DNA of 57,782 bases from Verrucomicrobiaceae bacterium (GTDB lineage Bacteria; Verrucomicrobiota; Verrucomicrobiia; Verrucomicrobiales; Akkermansiaceae). Shown here piece after piece: positions 9,214 through 18,820 of the stretch. The position numbers were made by a program, and so were the translations under genes. A model generated the notes under the pieces. That model ran no database searches and had not been told where the DNA came from. It saw nothing but the letters and a program-made list of their open reading frames with translations. Position 1 is the first letter of the stretch, and every line of letters begins with the position of its first letter. The stretch lies in contig JAPOLH010000001.1 of assembly GCA_029977225.1 (NCBI GenBank), positions 1 through 57,782 on the forward strand. Direction: 5' to 3'.

Positions 9214-10013
9214 AAATTTCACCCTCATCACGCAAACGCCGCGGCTTCACCTTGCTCGAGGTGGTGGTCGCCGTCGGCTTGCTGAGCCTCATCGTTGGCA
9301 TGGTGGTCGGCATCGCGCGCACCTCGCTCGCGCTCGGCAAAACGATTGTCGAAACGCAGAACGAGGAAATGCGGCAACAGGCGTTTTTCGAGTTACTCGG
9401 CCGCCGCTTCGCATCGCTGCCAGGCAACGCGCGACTCGATCTGAAGGTCGATGACAAAGGCTCGCACTACCTCTCCGACCTGACGCTGCAAAATGTCCCC
9501 CTCGGCTTCAACTGGTCCGGCGGCGAACGCATCGCCAAGGCGGTGCAACTCTCGACCGTCAAGCGCCGCAGCGGATTTATCGACATCGTCCTGCGCTACT
9601 ACGAAAACGAAATTCTCGAAGACTCCGAGCAAAGCACGATGAGCGCGCTCAAGGAAAAACCCTTCGCCGAAATCGTCTTACTCAAGAATGTTTCCTATTT
9701 CGAATGGCGCGTGCTCGATGGCCGCTCGATGGAATGGCAATTCGATTGGCACAACCAAGGCCGACTCCCACTGCAAATTGAACTTACCATGGCGATGGGC
9801 GCGAAAGGCGAAGAGATCCGCCAAATTTTTTGGATTCCGCCGCGCCTCAATCCGGAAGCGGTGATGCGCCAAATGACGCAAGGCGCGAATCAAAACCAAA
9901 ATCCAAATACCGAAAACCCCGAGGGCCAACCCGAAGACGGCCAAGAGGGCAATGGCTCAGTGAGCCCGCCCGAATCCAATCCCGGCGGCGAAACCTCACC
10001 GGAAAACCCATGA
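9210..10013 (+). CDS. gspJ: Minor pseudopilin, GspJ-like
   Basis: RGFTLLEVVVAV prepilin motif; WHNQGRLPLQIEL; acidic/Pro tail; ATGA overlap. Confidence 0.72.
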   Translation: MKISPSSRKRRGFTLLEVVVAVGLLSLIVGMVVGIARTSLALGKTIVETQNEEMRQQAFFELLGRRFASLPGNARLDLKVDDKGSHYLSDLTLQNVPLGFNWSGGERIAKAVQLSTVKRRSGFIDIVLRYYENEILEDSEQSTMSALKEKPFAEIVLLKNVSYFEWRVLDGRSMEWQFDWHNQGRLPLQIELTMAMGAKGEEIRQIFWIPPRLNPEAVMRQMTQGANQNQNPNTENPEGQPEDGQEGNGSVSPPESNPGGETSPENP

Positions 10014-10954
10014 CCTTCAGCCGCACAATCTCACCGCATCGATCACCTCGCGGCATGGCGCTGCTGGCGGTGATCTGGCTCATCGCGATTCTCGGCCTCG
10101 CCGCGATGGCGGCGCTGCGCGTGATCTCCTTCGACATGGAACTCGCCTCGGCGAAAATTCATGGCTCGCACGCACGACAAGTCGCCGAAAAAGGCATCGC
10201 CATCGCCTGCAACCCGATCGTGAAACGCAGCGATCCAATCCTCCGTCAATTCAACGAAAACAGCGGCGAAGGCTTCGAAGTCAAAATGACCTCCGAAGGC
10301 GCGCGCTTCAACATCAACGCGATCATCCTCCAAGAAGACAAAGCACTGCTGCGCGAAATTTTCACCGATTGGGGCCTCAGCCTCGATGACGCGATGGCCA
10401 CCGCCGACGCGCTCTGCGATTGGGTCGACCCCGATGACAATGTTGCCCTCAACGGCGCGGAGGTGAAGGAATACGAATCCGCCGGTCGCATCAACCAGCC
10501 CTTCAACCGACCCTTTTACGACATTTCCGAGGTCCGCCTCGTGCGCGGCATGGACCTCGTCGAGGCCGCTCGCCCGGATTGGCGCGAGTGGTTTACGGTC
10601 TGGAGTGGGGGACCGCTCGACCTCAACGAGGCCACTGCCGAGCTGATCGCCGCCGCCGCCGAGTGCGACCCGAGCCAGGCGGAGATCATTCCGGAGACAG
10701 TTTGTGGCCCTGACGGCATTCGTGACACGGATGATGATCAACCTTTCCCAGATGCCGCCGCCGCGCTTCAACTCCTCGGCATTGACCTCGGAGCCCGGCC
10801 CGACATCGCCCGCCGCTTCACCGTCAATGACACCACCACTCATATCGAGAGCCTCGGCCAAGCCGATGGCTGTAAGCGAAAAATCAGCGTGATTGTTCGT
10901 AATCGAACTGGCAAGCTGGCCCTCCTGCAACGCAACGAAGAAATCATCCCGTGA
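10010..10954 (+). CDS. gspK: Minor pseudopilin GspK
   Basis: RGMALLAVIW with no E5, as typical of GspK; EGARFNIN; DWVDPDD; EVRLVRGM. Confidence 0.88.
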   Translation: MTFSRTISPHRSPRGMALLAVIWLIAILGLAAMAALRVISFDMELASAKIHGSHARQVAEKGIAIACNPIVKRSDPILRQFNENSGEGFEVKMTSEGARFNINAIILQEDKALLREIFTDWGLSLDDAMATADALCDWVDPDDNVALNGAEVKEYESAGRINQPFNRPFYDISEVRLVRGMDLVEAARPDWREWFTVWSGGPLDLNEATAELIAAAAECDPSQAEIIPETVCGPDGIRDTDDDQPFPDAAAALQLLGIDLGARPDIARRFTVNDTTTHIESLGQADGCKRKISVIVRNRTGKLALLQRNEEIIP

Positions 10955-12195
10955 GCAAACCGATCGAACATGTGCTGCTGATCCCCGGCGAGGAGACCTG
11001 GGAAGTCTGGTCCGGCACGGGCGAGACCGGCTTCCAAGCGCGCGAATCGGTCGCGACCGCGATGGCCTCTGGGCTTGCCAATTTGCCGGCTGGCGAGCTC
11101 ACGATGTTTTTCCCAGTGAAGTCTCTCACCGCGGTGCCGATGCGCGTGACGAGTGATGATGAATCGCTGTTTGCCGACCTCGCCGCGCTGCATGCCGAGC
11201 GCCTTGGCCTGCGCCCCGATCCAATGGCCGGCCAGCTCACCGATGTGTTCGTGATCACCCGTGAGGCGGAAAACACGGCCTTGCTTTCGGTGTTTCTCAA
11301 ATCGCCAAGCGATGAGGAACTTCCACCGCGTTCGCCAAGTGGCTTCGACATTTCACCGCGTGCATTTCATGTCGATGGCAACTCGCTTGCAGTTTGGAAA
11401 GAATTCGGCCGCTGGGTTTTTGCGCTCTACCACTTCGGCAAACTCGCCTACTGCCAAGCGACCTCGTCCGATGCGAAATTGCCCGATGCCGCACTCGCCC
11501 GTGAGATCCGCCTCTCGCTTGCCCAACTTTCCATGCAAGGGCTCGATGCCGACCCGGTCCGCGTGAAAATTTGGGCCGCTCTCGATCGCGCCGATGTCGA
11601 GTCCTTCGGCCAAGTGCTCGGACTGCCGACTGAAATTGAGCCCCGCCCGCTACCGGTTCTGCCCGCGCCGCTCAGCAAACTCCTGCCGGCCGATGTCCGC
11701 GCCGCCCGCCGCACTGCTCAACGCCGCCGCGTCATCACCGGCGCTGCCGCCGCCGCCGCGCTGGTTTACCTTGGCCTCATCGGTTGGTTTCTTTTCGGCC
11801 TCTGGCAGACATCTTCCCAAATCCGCGATCGCCTCGCCCAAGCCGAAGAAGCAGCACCCGACATCGATGCCTACACGCAGCACGATGCCAAATGGCGCGA
11901 GCTCGCCCATGCGGTCGATCGCACGCACTCGCCCGTCGACATTCTCAATCGTATCGCTTCCTGCATCCCGCCTAACAGCGGGCTGCGCCTCAAGACCGCC
12001 GATGTCAGCGCGACGGAAATCAAACTCATGGGCGAGGCGCTCAAGCTTGAATCGGTCAACGCCTTCAGTCTCGCGCTCACCAAACACAATGAGTTGACCC
12101 AATTCACCTGGCAAACACCCCAACCGAACCAATCGAACCGCGGCTGGGAATTTGTCTTCACCGGCGAGCTGCCGACCGAAGAAGCCCAGGAATAA
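10951..12195 (+). CDS. GspL/PilM-PilN-like assembly platform protein
   Basis: Cytoplasmic domain, single TM and a PilN-like periplasmic part; follows gspK with a GTGA overlap. Confidence 0.65.
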   Translation: MSKPIEHVLLIPGEETWEVWSGTGETGFQARESVATAMASGLANLPAGELTMFFPVKSLTAVPMRVTSDDESLFADLAALHAERLGLRPDPMAGQLTDVFVITREAENTALLSVFLKSPSDEELPPRSPSGFDISPRAFHVDGNSLAVWKEFGRWVFALYHFGKLAYCQATSSDAKLPDAALAREIRLSLAQLSMQGLDADPVRVKIWAALDRADVESFGQVLGLPTEIEPRPLPVLPAPLSKLLPADVRAARRTAQRRRVITGAAAAAALVYLGLIGWFLFGLWQTSSQIRDRLAQAEEAAPDIDAYTQHDAKWRELAHAVDRTHSPVDILNRIASCIPPNSGLRLKTADVSATEIKLMGEALKLESVNAFSLALTKHNELTQFTWQTPQPNQSNRGWEFVFTGELPTEEAQE

Positions 12196-12255
12196 GCGAC
12201 AATTTCCCGCCTCCGTGGCATTGCTCACTTGGCAAATCCCATTCCTCACCGATCC

Positions 12256-12786
12256 ATGTCCCCACGCGAACGAAACCTGCTGCTCCTCTTTGCCGCCGCG
12301 GGCTTCGTTGTGCTCAATTTGATCGGCTTTGGTTTCATGAAATCCAAACGCGCCGAGCTCGATCGCAAGTTCGCCGCCGCCGAACAAAAACTCCAAACCG
12401 CCGATAATTTCCAGAAAACCGCCGAAGAGGTCGCCGATGAAATGCAGTGGCTCACCGAGCACGAACCTGCACCGGTCGCCGGGCAGGACGCGCTCACCGA
12501 ACTTCAACAATTTTGCGAATCCGAGGCCAACAACGCCGGCCTCACCATCATAACACAAAAACCCTTGGACGCCGACGAAACCGTAGGCCGCCACTACCAC
12601 CGCGTAAAAATGCAACTGAACGTCACCGGCCGCGAGCAGGCGCTCTACCAGTGGCTCGATCAAATCAACGACCCCGCCAAACTCCGCATCGCCACTCAAC
12701 TGCGCCTCACGCCCGACGCCAAGGACGACACACTCATCGACTGCACCGCCACCATCGACCAATGGTTCGTGCCGGCCACCGAGTGA
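12256..12786 (+). CDS. GspM/PilO-like protein
   Basis: MSPRERNLLLL N-terminus typical of GspM; TM, coiled coil, ferredoxin-like C-terminus. Confidence 0.68.
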   Translation: MSPRERNLLLLFAAAGFVVLNLIGFGFMKSKRAELDRKFAAAEQKLQTADNFQKTAEEVADEMQWLTEHEPAPVAGQDALTELQQFCESEANNAGLTIITQKPLDADETVGRHYHRVKMQLNVTGREQALYQWLDQINDPAKLRIATQLRLTPDAKDDTLIDCTATIDQWFVPATE

Positions 12787-12803
12787 CCCGCGCCAATTTT
12801 CCC

Positions 12804-13421
12804 ATGCCTTTCAAATTTCCATTGCTGCTGATCCTGCCCGCCCTGACGGCGGTGCTGCATGCAGGCGTGCCGCAAAAGCAGCCGCTGGGAAATTACGCCA
12901 AGCTCTGGACCGATTCGCCCTTTACGGCCAAGCCGCCAGTCGCCGGCGCGGGCCCCGTCGCTAATCCACTCGAGGATTACGCGCTGCTCGGAGTTTCACC
13001 CATCGGCAACAACGGCTACCGCGTCACCCTCATCAACAAAAAGAAACCCGACCAACGCATCACTGTCGAATCGGGTAGGACATCCGCCGATGGGCTTTCG
13101 ATCATCAAGGTCAACCGAGAGGCCGGCCAACCATTGAAAACCACGGTCGAAATGTCCTCGGGCGCGATGCAAGGCACCGTGAGTTTTGATGAAAAACTTT
13201 TGACCATCGCCGCTCCGCCTCCGACCGCCCCTCCCGGCCAAGCACCGGGCCAAATGCCACCGCAAATTCAAGTCCAACCCGGCGCCCCGGGCCAAGTGAT
13301 TCAAAAGCAACCGCGCCCTCGCGTCGTGCCACCGCCCGCACCCGGCAACCCCAATTTCAATCCCGCAGCAGGCCAAATTCCCGGCCAACGCCCACACAGC
13401 CCTTTCGGCCGTCGCCGCTAA
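12804..13421 (+). CDS. Exported Pro/Gln-rich T2SS-associated protein (possible GspC/PilP analogue)
   Basis: Signal peptide, SPF motif, small beta domain and a Pro/Gln-rich tail; lies immediately before the secretin. Confidence 0.55.
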   Translation: MPFKFPLLLILPALTAVLHAGVPQKQPLGNYAKLWTDSPFTAKPPVAGAGPVANPLEDYALLGVSPIGNNGYRVTLINKKKPDQRITVESGRTSADGLSIIKVNREAGQPLKTTVEMSSGAMQGTVSFDEKLLTIAAPPPTAPPGQAPGQMPPQIQVQPGAPGQVIQKQPRPRVVPPPAPGNPNFNPAAGQIPGQRPHSPFGRRR

Positions 13422-13450
13422 CCCCCCCTTTTTCCAACCAGACCTCGTCC

Positions 13451-15994
13451 ATGTCCCTCATTCGCATCATTGCCCTGATCCTTGCCGCGAGCTCCTGCCT
13501 CTTCGCGCAAGAACCCGTGCCGCCAACGCCCGAGCCGAGCCAAGGTCCGCAGACCCCTCCATCAGTGCCCGTGCGCGGTCGCCAGGGTTTGCTTGCACGC
13601 CCGAATACCGGTGCGCCCCAGCCCGCCAATGCGGGCGAGCCCGCTGCCGATGCCCCCAAGCCCGCCAGCGCGCCAGAGCCGAAGCCCGGCATACCGCTCG
13701 GCGAGAACACGATCACCGAAGACATCGTTGAGCCGAAGCTCAGCGGCAACGCCCTCGCCGGGCTCTACCGCAAGTACACCGGCCGCCGCGTGATCGTTTC
13801 CAAGGCCGCCGCCGATGCGGAGTTTTCCTTTGTCCAGGAAGCCAGCCCGCAGGACCCGCTCACCTTCGCGAAAGCCGCCGAGCTTCTGCGCAAGGCCGCG
13901 ACGATCGAAAACTTCGTCTTTGTGCCCGACGCGCAGGACCCAAATCTCGATGTCCTCACCCTTGCTACCGGCGGTCTTCGCCCAACCGGCCGCGGCGTCG
14001 ATGTCTACAACGAAAATGCCCCACTGCCCGAAGGCGATGCGGTCATTTCGTATGTGATGACCCTCAACTACATCAAGCCCGCCGAAGCGGTGAACACCTT
14101 CACTCAGATCATTGGCCAGTTTGGAGCCTTCGGCTCGATCGCCGCCGTGCCCAATGCCTCGGCAGTGGTCATCACCGAGAATACTTCGCTCATCCGCAAA
14201 TTGATCGATCTCAAAAAGGAAATCGACAAGCCCGGCTCGGTCCAAGCCACTCGCTTTATCAAGGTGCAGTACGCCGATGTCACCGAAGTCGCCGAGACAA
14301 TTTCCGAGCTCCTGAGCGCCCAGCAGGAAAGCCAAAAAACCGCTGGCGTTCAGCGTGCAGGTGCCGCCAACGCCGCGCCCGCCGCCAACGGAGCGCCTCC
14401 ACAAGTTGGAGCCCCAGGTGCCGCCACCGCCGGCGAAGATACGCCCGTGCAAATTGTGCCAGATCCCCGCACCAACCGCATCTTTGCCATGGGCCGTCCG
14501 GTCGACTTGCTTTTCGTCGAAGGCCTTGTGCGCGAGTTCGATGTGGAAACGAGCGAAAAGAATTTCCTCCGCCGCAAGCTCAAGTTCCTCACGGTCTCGG
14601 AGTTTCTTCCCATCGCCGGCGATGCGCTCACCCGTGCCTTTTCCGGCACCGGCGGCGAAGGCGACCAAACCGGCGCCCAACGCGGCGGGCAAAATGCCAA
14701 CCGCCCGCAAGCCCAAGCCCGCCAAGACAATGCTAACGGTGGCCGCAACTCAAACGGGCGCAACTCAAGCGGACGCAACTCGATGATGGGTAGCAATTTT
14801 TCTGGCTCTGGCGGATCCGGCTTTGGCAGCAGCTATGGTGGCGGTGGCGGCGGAGGCCTCAGCGATCCCTCGGTCAGCACCGCTCCCGAATCGGTCCTCG
14901 TCGGCCGCACCCTGCTGGTTGCCGACAACATCACCAACTCGATCGTCGTCCAAGGCCCGCCCGCCGGACTCGAAATCGTCCAACGCCTCATCGACCAACT
15001 CGATACGAAACCCGACCAAGTTCTCATCTCCTGCGTCTTCGGCCAACTCGGCATCTCCGACGGCTGGAGCTTCGGCATGGATTATGTGCAAACTCTTGAT
15101 GGAGGGAAAAAGGCAGGAGGACGCGGAGGCGCAGGTACCGGTGGCAATCTGCCTTTAGGTGGTTATACGCCGGGAGTGCCCAAAACAACACTTCCTGACG
15201 GGACTATAATAGATGCCATACCTGCTGTCGGGGCACTTTTTGACCCAGGCACTTATACGGGCGATGTCGGTCTTGGTGTGTACGGTCTCATCGGAAACAA
15301 TCTCCATGCTTATTTAACCGCCAAACAAGAGGACTCAAATTTCAAGGTGCTTTCACGCCCAACCATCTTCACCGCCAATAATCAGAAGGGCTCAATCGTC
15401 AGCGGCACTCGCATCGCTGTGCCCACCAACTCCTACTCTTACGCCAATAGCTCTGGGCCTTCGACGAACTTTGAATACCAGGATGTCGCGCTAAAACTGG
15501 AAGTGATTCCCTTGGTCAACTCAAACAACGAAATCACGCTTAAGATCTATCTCACCAGCGATGATGTTGGCGAAAATCGCGATGTGGGCAGCGGCGAAAA
15601 TGCGTACGAGATCCCTGACATTCTCAACCGCGAGTTGATCACTACCGTGACGGTTCCTAACAACGAAACGGTCGTGCTCGGTGGTCTCATCACCGAATCC
15701 ACCAAGGACGGCACCAGTGGCATTCCGATTCTTAGCCGTATCCCCGGCATCGGGCCTTTGTTTGGGAAGAAGAGCAAGGACAAGAGCGAAAGCGAACTCA
15801 TCGTGTTTATCCAGCCTTCGATCGTGAGCGATTCCCAAACCATGAACGAGGCCCAAACCAACATGGATAGCCGCTATAAGATTTCGCCCGATGCCCGCAG
15901 TTTCACCGAGCCTCCACCGCCCGATGCGGTGCCCGTCGAGGAGCCCAAGCCGGCGAAAAAGTCGAGATCCGGCTTCCGCCCGCCCAATCGATAA
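13451..15994 (+). CDS. gspD: T2SS secretin GspD
   Basis: N domains (YIKPAEAV, PDPRTNRIF, ADNITNSIVV), LIDQLD, VLSRPTI, TVVLGGLI, GIPILSRIPGIGPLF and ELIVFIQP. Confidence 0.93.
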   Translation: MSLIRIIALILAASSCLFAQEPVPPTPEPSQGPQTPPSVPVRGRQGLLARPNTGAPQPANAGEPAADAPKPASAPEPKPGIPLGENTITEDIVEPKLSGNALAGLYRKYTGRRVIVSKAAADAEFSFVQEASPQDPLTFAKAAELLRKAATIENFVFVPDAQDPNLDVLTLATGGLRPTGRGVDVYNENAPLPEGDAVISYVMTLNYIKPAEAVNTFTQIIGQFGAFGSIAAVPNASAVVITENTSLIRKLIDLKKEIDKPGSVQATRFIKVQYADVTEVAETISELLSAQQESQKTAGVQRAGAANAAPAANGAPPQVGAPGAATAGEDTPVQIVPDPRTNRIFAMGRPVDLLFVEGLVREFDVETSEKNFLRRKLKFLTVSEFLPIAGDALTRAFSGTGGEGDQTGAQRGGQNANRPQAQARQDNANGGRNSNGRNSSGRNSMMGSNFSGSGGSGFGSSYGGGGGGGLSDPSVSTAPESVLVGRTLLVADNITNSIVVQGPPAGLEIVQRLIDQLDTKPDQVLISCVFGQLGISDGWSFGMDYVQTLDGGKKAGGRGGAGTGGNLPLGGYTPGVPKTTLPDGTIIDAIPAVGALFDPGTYTGDVGLGVYGLIGNNLHAYLTAKQEDSNFKVLSRPTIFTANNQKGSIVSGTRIAVPTNSYSYANSSGPSTNFEYQDVALKLEVIPLVNSNNEITLKIYLTSDDVGENRDVGSGENAYEIPDILNRELITTVTVPNNETVVLGGLITESTKDGTSGIPILSRIPGIGPLFGKKSKDKSESELIVFIQPSIVSDSQTMNEAQTNMDSRYKISPDARSFTEPPPPDAVPVEEPKPAKKSRSGFRPPNR

Positions 15995-16002
15995 GCAATG
16001 TG

Positions 16003-16031
16003 GCGCGGGCGACCATGACCGCCGCGTTTTT
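16003..16031 (+). terminator. Possible terminator of the gsp operon
   Basis: GCGCGGGCG...CGCCGCGTTTTT after the gspD stop. Confidence 0.4.
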
Positions 16032-16046
16032 CAAATCAAGGTGCGC

Positions 16047-16397
16047 TCACGCCATCGGGATTTCCTTCGCATCCTTCCACAGCTCTTCGAGACCGTAGAA
16101 ATCGCGAAGCTCTTGGTGCATCACATGCACCATCACATCGATGTAATCGAGCACCACCCAACGGGCGTCGACCTTGCCCTCGCGGTGGATGGCTTTGACG
16201 CCGTATTCTTCTTCCACGCGTTGTGAAACTTCATTCAGGATCGCGCGCAGTTGCGGCATCGATGATCCCGAGCACACGATCATGTAATCGGTGAGTCCCG
16301 ACACCTTGCGCATGTCCCAAATGCGGATGTTCTCCGCCTTGACCTCATCGGCCGCTTTCGCGCAGGCCATTGCCAGTTCGAGTCCCTTGATTGCCAT
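16047..16397 (-). CDS. rsfS: Ribosome silencing factor
   Basis: KAENI, TDYMIVCSG, WVVLDYIDVMVHVM and RDFYGLEELW. Start taken at MAIKG. Confidence 0.95.
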   Translation of the reverse strand: MAIKGLELAMACAKAADEVKAENIRIWDMRKVSGLTDYMIVCSGSSMPQLRAILNEVSQRVEEEYGVKAIHREGKVDARWVVLDYIDVMVHVMHQELRDFYGLEELWKDAKEIPMA

Positions 16398-16474
16398 CGT
16401 TAAAAATTTTTTGAATTCGCCAACCGCCAATCGGTCGCGAAGCACAGCCAAGAGCATCGCTACGCCACGCGCAA

Positions 16475-16558
16475 GAAAAAGGCGGCCCGACTGATCATCC
16501 CCGGGAAAACCCATTAACCCTAGGGCATTTCAGTCGGACCGCCTGAAGTGTCGCGACA
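16475..16558 (-). ncRNA. Candidate sigma54-dependent small RNA or attenuating leader
   Basis: Begins ~12 nt after a sigma54 motif. Long hairpin 16480-16544 (AGGCGGUCCGACUGA / UCAGUCGGGCCGCCU) followed by a U-tract. No plausible ORF. Confidence 0.55.
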
Positions 16559-16568
16559 AACAAAGAAA

Positions 16569-16584
16569 AGCACTCATCGTGCCA
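16569..16584 (-). promoter_or_regulatory. Sigma54 (-24/-12) promoter
   Basis: TGGCACGATGAGTGCT against consensus TGGCACG-N4-TTGCW; one mismatch. Confidence 0.7.
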
Positions 16585-16744
16585 AATTCCCCATATCGTG
16601 GAATCCAGGGGCGAATGAACAACGAACTTCGGAGAGCGGAAAATGATGTTGCCGACGCTTTTTCTGGATTTCTCCGCCTTTCAGCCCTCCGTCTTCATCA
16701 CATGCGTGTTTGCCACTGGCCGCAATTTGCGTTTCGTTAGCGGC

Positions 16745-18784
16745 ATGATTGGTCGCATGGCCCTTGTTTGGTTTGCCGCGCTTTGCCTTCCGGCATTGGC
16801 GCAATTTGAATTCGCTGCCAATGCGCCGGCGACTAAAGCCGCGCTGGTCTCCGAGCTCAAAACACTCGAAGCCGGCAAACCTTTCAGCGTCGCGCTGCGC
16901 CTCGAGCATCCGCCAGGTTGGCACAGCTATTATCGCAACTCGGGCGGCATCGAGGAGGGGCCATCCATTCGCTGGTCCTTGCCCGATGGATTTTCCGCCG
17001 GGCCCATCCAATGGCCCGCGCCCACGGTGAAGGATGGATTACTTGGAAAAAGTTTCATTTACGAAGGCAGTCCGGTCTTTCTCGTCGAAATCCAAACTCC
17101 ACCAAAGCTCGAGCCCGGCACAAAGGTCGCGCTTAAAGCCGACGCGGCATGGCAAATTTGCGACAAGAGCTGCATCAACGAAACGCAATCGTTCACTCTC
17201 ACGCTCGGCGTCGGATCCAAGGCCGAAACCGAGCCATCGCAAGCGCCGCTGTTTGCCGAAGCGCGCGCGAAGCTGCCGCAAAAAATTTCCGGCACATCGC
17301 AGGCAAGTAGCGATGGCGGCGACATTGTGCTGCGCTTGCAAAGCGACGCTGCCGCAATCACCGACTTCATTCCCGATCAGGCCTTCATCCGCTCCGCTCG
17401 CGATGGAGGGTCCATCACTCGCGATGGCAATGCATGGACGATCCGCCTGCCGCGCGCCGAAAAAAACGCGCTCGATCAAGCAATCCCGCAGGGCAACGAA
17501 ATTTCCGGCATCCTTCTCGGCAGCCAAGCTCTGCGTGTCGATGCCACGCCGATCGAATCAAGCGCGGCCAGCCCCGCACCCAAAACTGGCACTTCATTTC
17601 TCGCCATTCTCGGTGGAATGTTTCTCGGTGGGCTCATTCTCAATCTCATGCCCTGTGTATTTCCCGTCATCGGCCTCAAGATCATGGGCTTCGTGCAGCA
17701 GGCGGGCGCCGATCGGCGCAAGGTCGCGCTGCACGGCATGACCTTTGCCTTGGGGGTCTTGCTTTCGTTTGGCGTATTGAGCGGCATTTTGTTTGTCGCA
17801 CGCGAAGCCGCGGGCGGATCGTCTATCGGTTGGGGTTATCAACTGCAAAACCCATGGGTAGTGCTCGGCCTCATGCTGTTGATGTTTATCCTCGCGCTGA
17901 ACCTCTTTGGTGTTTTTGAAATCGGCACCGGCGCGACATCGCTTGGTGGATCTTTGCAATCGAAGCAAGGCATCGCCGGCTCGCTGTTTTCCGGCGTGCT
18001 TGCAACACTCGTCGCGACACCATGCTCCGCGCCATTTCTTGGCACTGCTATCGGTGCAGCGATCGGTTTGCCCGCCACACAATTTTTTACCGCCTTTGCC
18101 GCGATGGCGATCGGCCTGGCGTTGCCCTATCTCGTGCTCTCGATCTTTCCCAATCTCGTGAATTTTTTGCCGCGTCCCGGCGCGTGGATGGAAAGCTTCA
18201 AGCAAGCAATGTCATTTCCACTCTTTGCCACCGCGGGTTATTTGCTGTGGGTCTATGCCGGTCAAATCGGCTTGGAAAATTTACTCTTGCCCATCATCGG
18301 TCTCACGATGGTCGCCATCGCGGCATGGATCCACGGACGTTGGAACCTGCCCCACAAATCCCGCGGATGCCGCACGGTCGCCGTCATTTCCGCCACCGGC
18401 ATCGCGATCGCCGGCATTTGGCTGGCGCATCCACCCAAGCCGCATGACCTCACATGGGAGCCATGGTCAGAGTCGCGCGTCACTGAATTGCTCGCCGAAC
18501 AAAGACCGGTCTACATCGACTTCACCGCCCAGTGGTGTGCGACCTGCCAAGTGAACAAGAAGCGCGCCTACACGAAAGAAGTCGTCGCACTCATGAAACA
18601 AAAGCGTGTCGCCACGCTCAAGGCCGACAAGACCAATCCCAATCCCGCGATCGAAGCCGCGCTGCGCAAACTCGGCCGCAGCGCTATCCCGGTGAATGTA
18701 CTCATCGTTCCCGGCAAGGAGCCGGTCATTCTGCCCGAACTGCTCTCGCCTGAAGACCTGCTTAAGCTGCTGAAGCCCTTGTGA
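16745..18784 (+). CDS. dsbD: DsbD-family thiol:disulfide interchange protein
   Basis: N-terminal domain with GWHSYY; TM cysteines in NLMPCVFPV and ATPCSAPF; thioredoxin motif DFTAQWCATC. Confidence 0.85.
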   Translation: MIGRMALVWFAALCLPALAQFEFAANAPATKAALVSELKTLEAGKPFSVALRLEHPPGWHSYYRNSGGIEEGPSIRWSLPDGFSAGPIQWPAPTVKDGLLGKSFIYEGSPVFLVEIQTPPKLEPGTKVALKADAAWQICDKSCINETQSFTLTLGVGSKAETEPSQAPLFAEARAKLPQKISGTSQASSDGGDIVLRLQSDAAAITDFIPDQAFIRSARDGGSITRDGNAWTIRLPRAEKNALDQAIPQGNEISGILLGSQALRVDATPIESSAASPAPKTGTSFLAILGGMFLGGLILNLMPCVFPVIGLKIMGFVQQAGADRRKVALHGMTFALGVLLSFGVLSGILFVAREAAGGSSIGWGYQLQNPWVVLGLMLLMFILALNLFGVFEIGTGATSLGGSLQSKQGIAGSLFSGVLATLVATPCSAPFLGTAIGAAIGLPATQFFTAFAAMAIGLALPYLVLSIFPNLVNFLPRPGAWMESFKQAMSFPLFATAGYLLWVYAGQIGLENLLLPIIGLTMVAIAAWIHGRWNLPHKSRGCRTVAVISATGIAIAGIWLAHPPKPHDLTWEPWSESRVTELLAEQRPVYIDFTAQWCATCQVNKKRAYTKEVVALMKQKRVATLKADKTNPNPAIEAALRKLGRSAIPVNVLIVPGKEPVILPELLSPEDLLKLLKPL

Positions 18785-18820
18785 GGCAGCGCGCATCCAT
18801 CTCTGCTGCGAGCCCTTGGC

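Noticed and set aside
13562-14725. Long antisense ORFs (also 22146-23327, 36476-37798 and 11650-12762)
   Set aside because: These are shadow frames opposite well-supported genes in GC-rich DNA and have no motifs.
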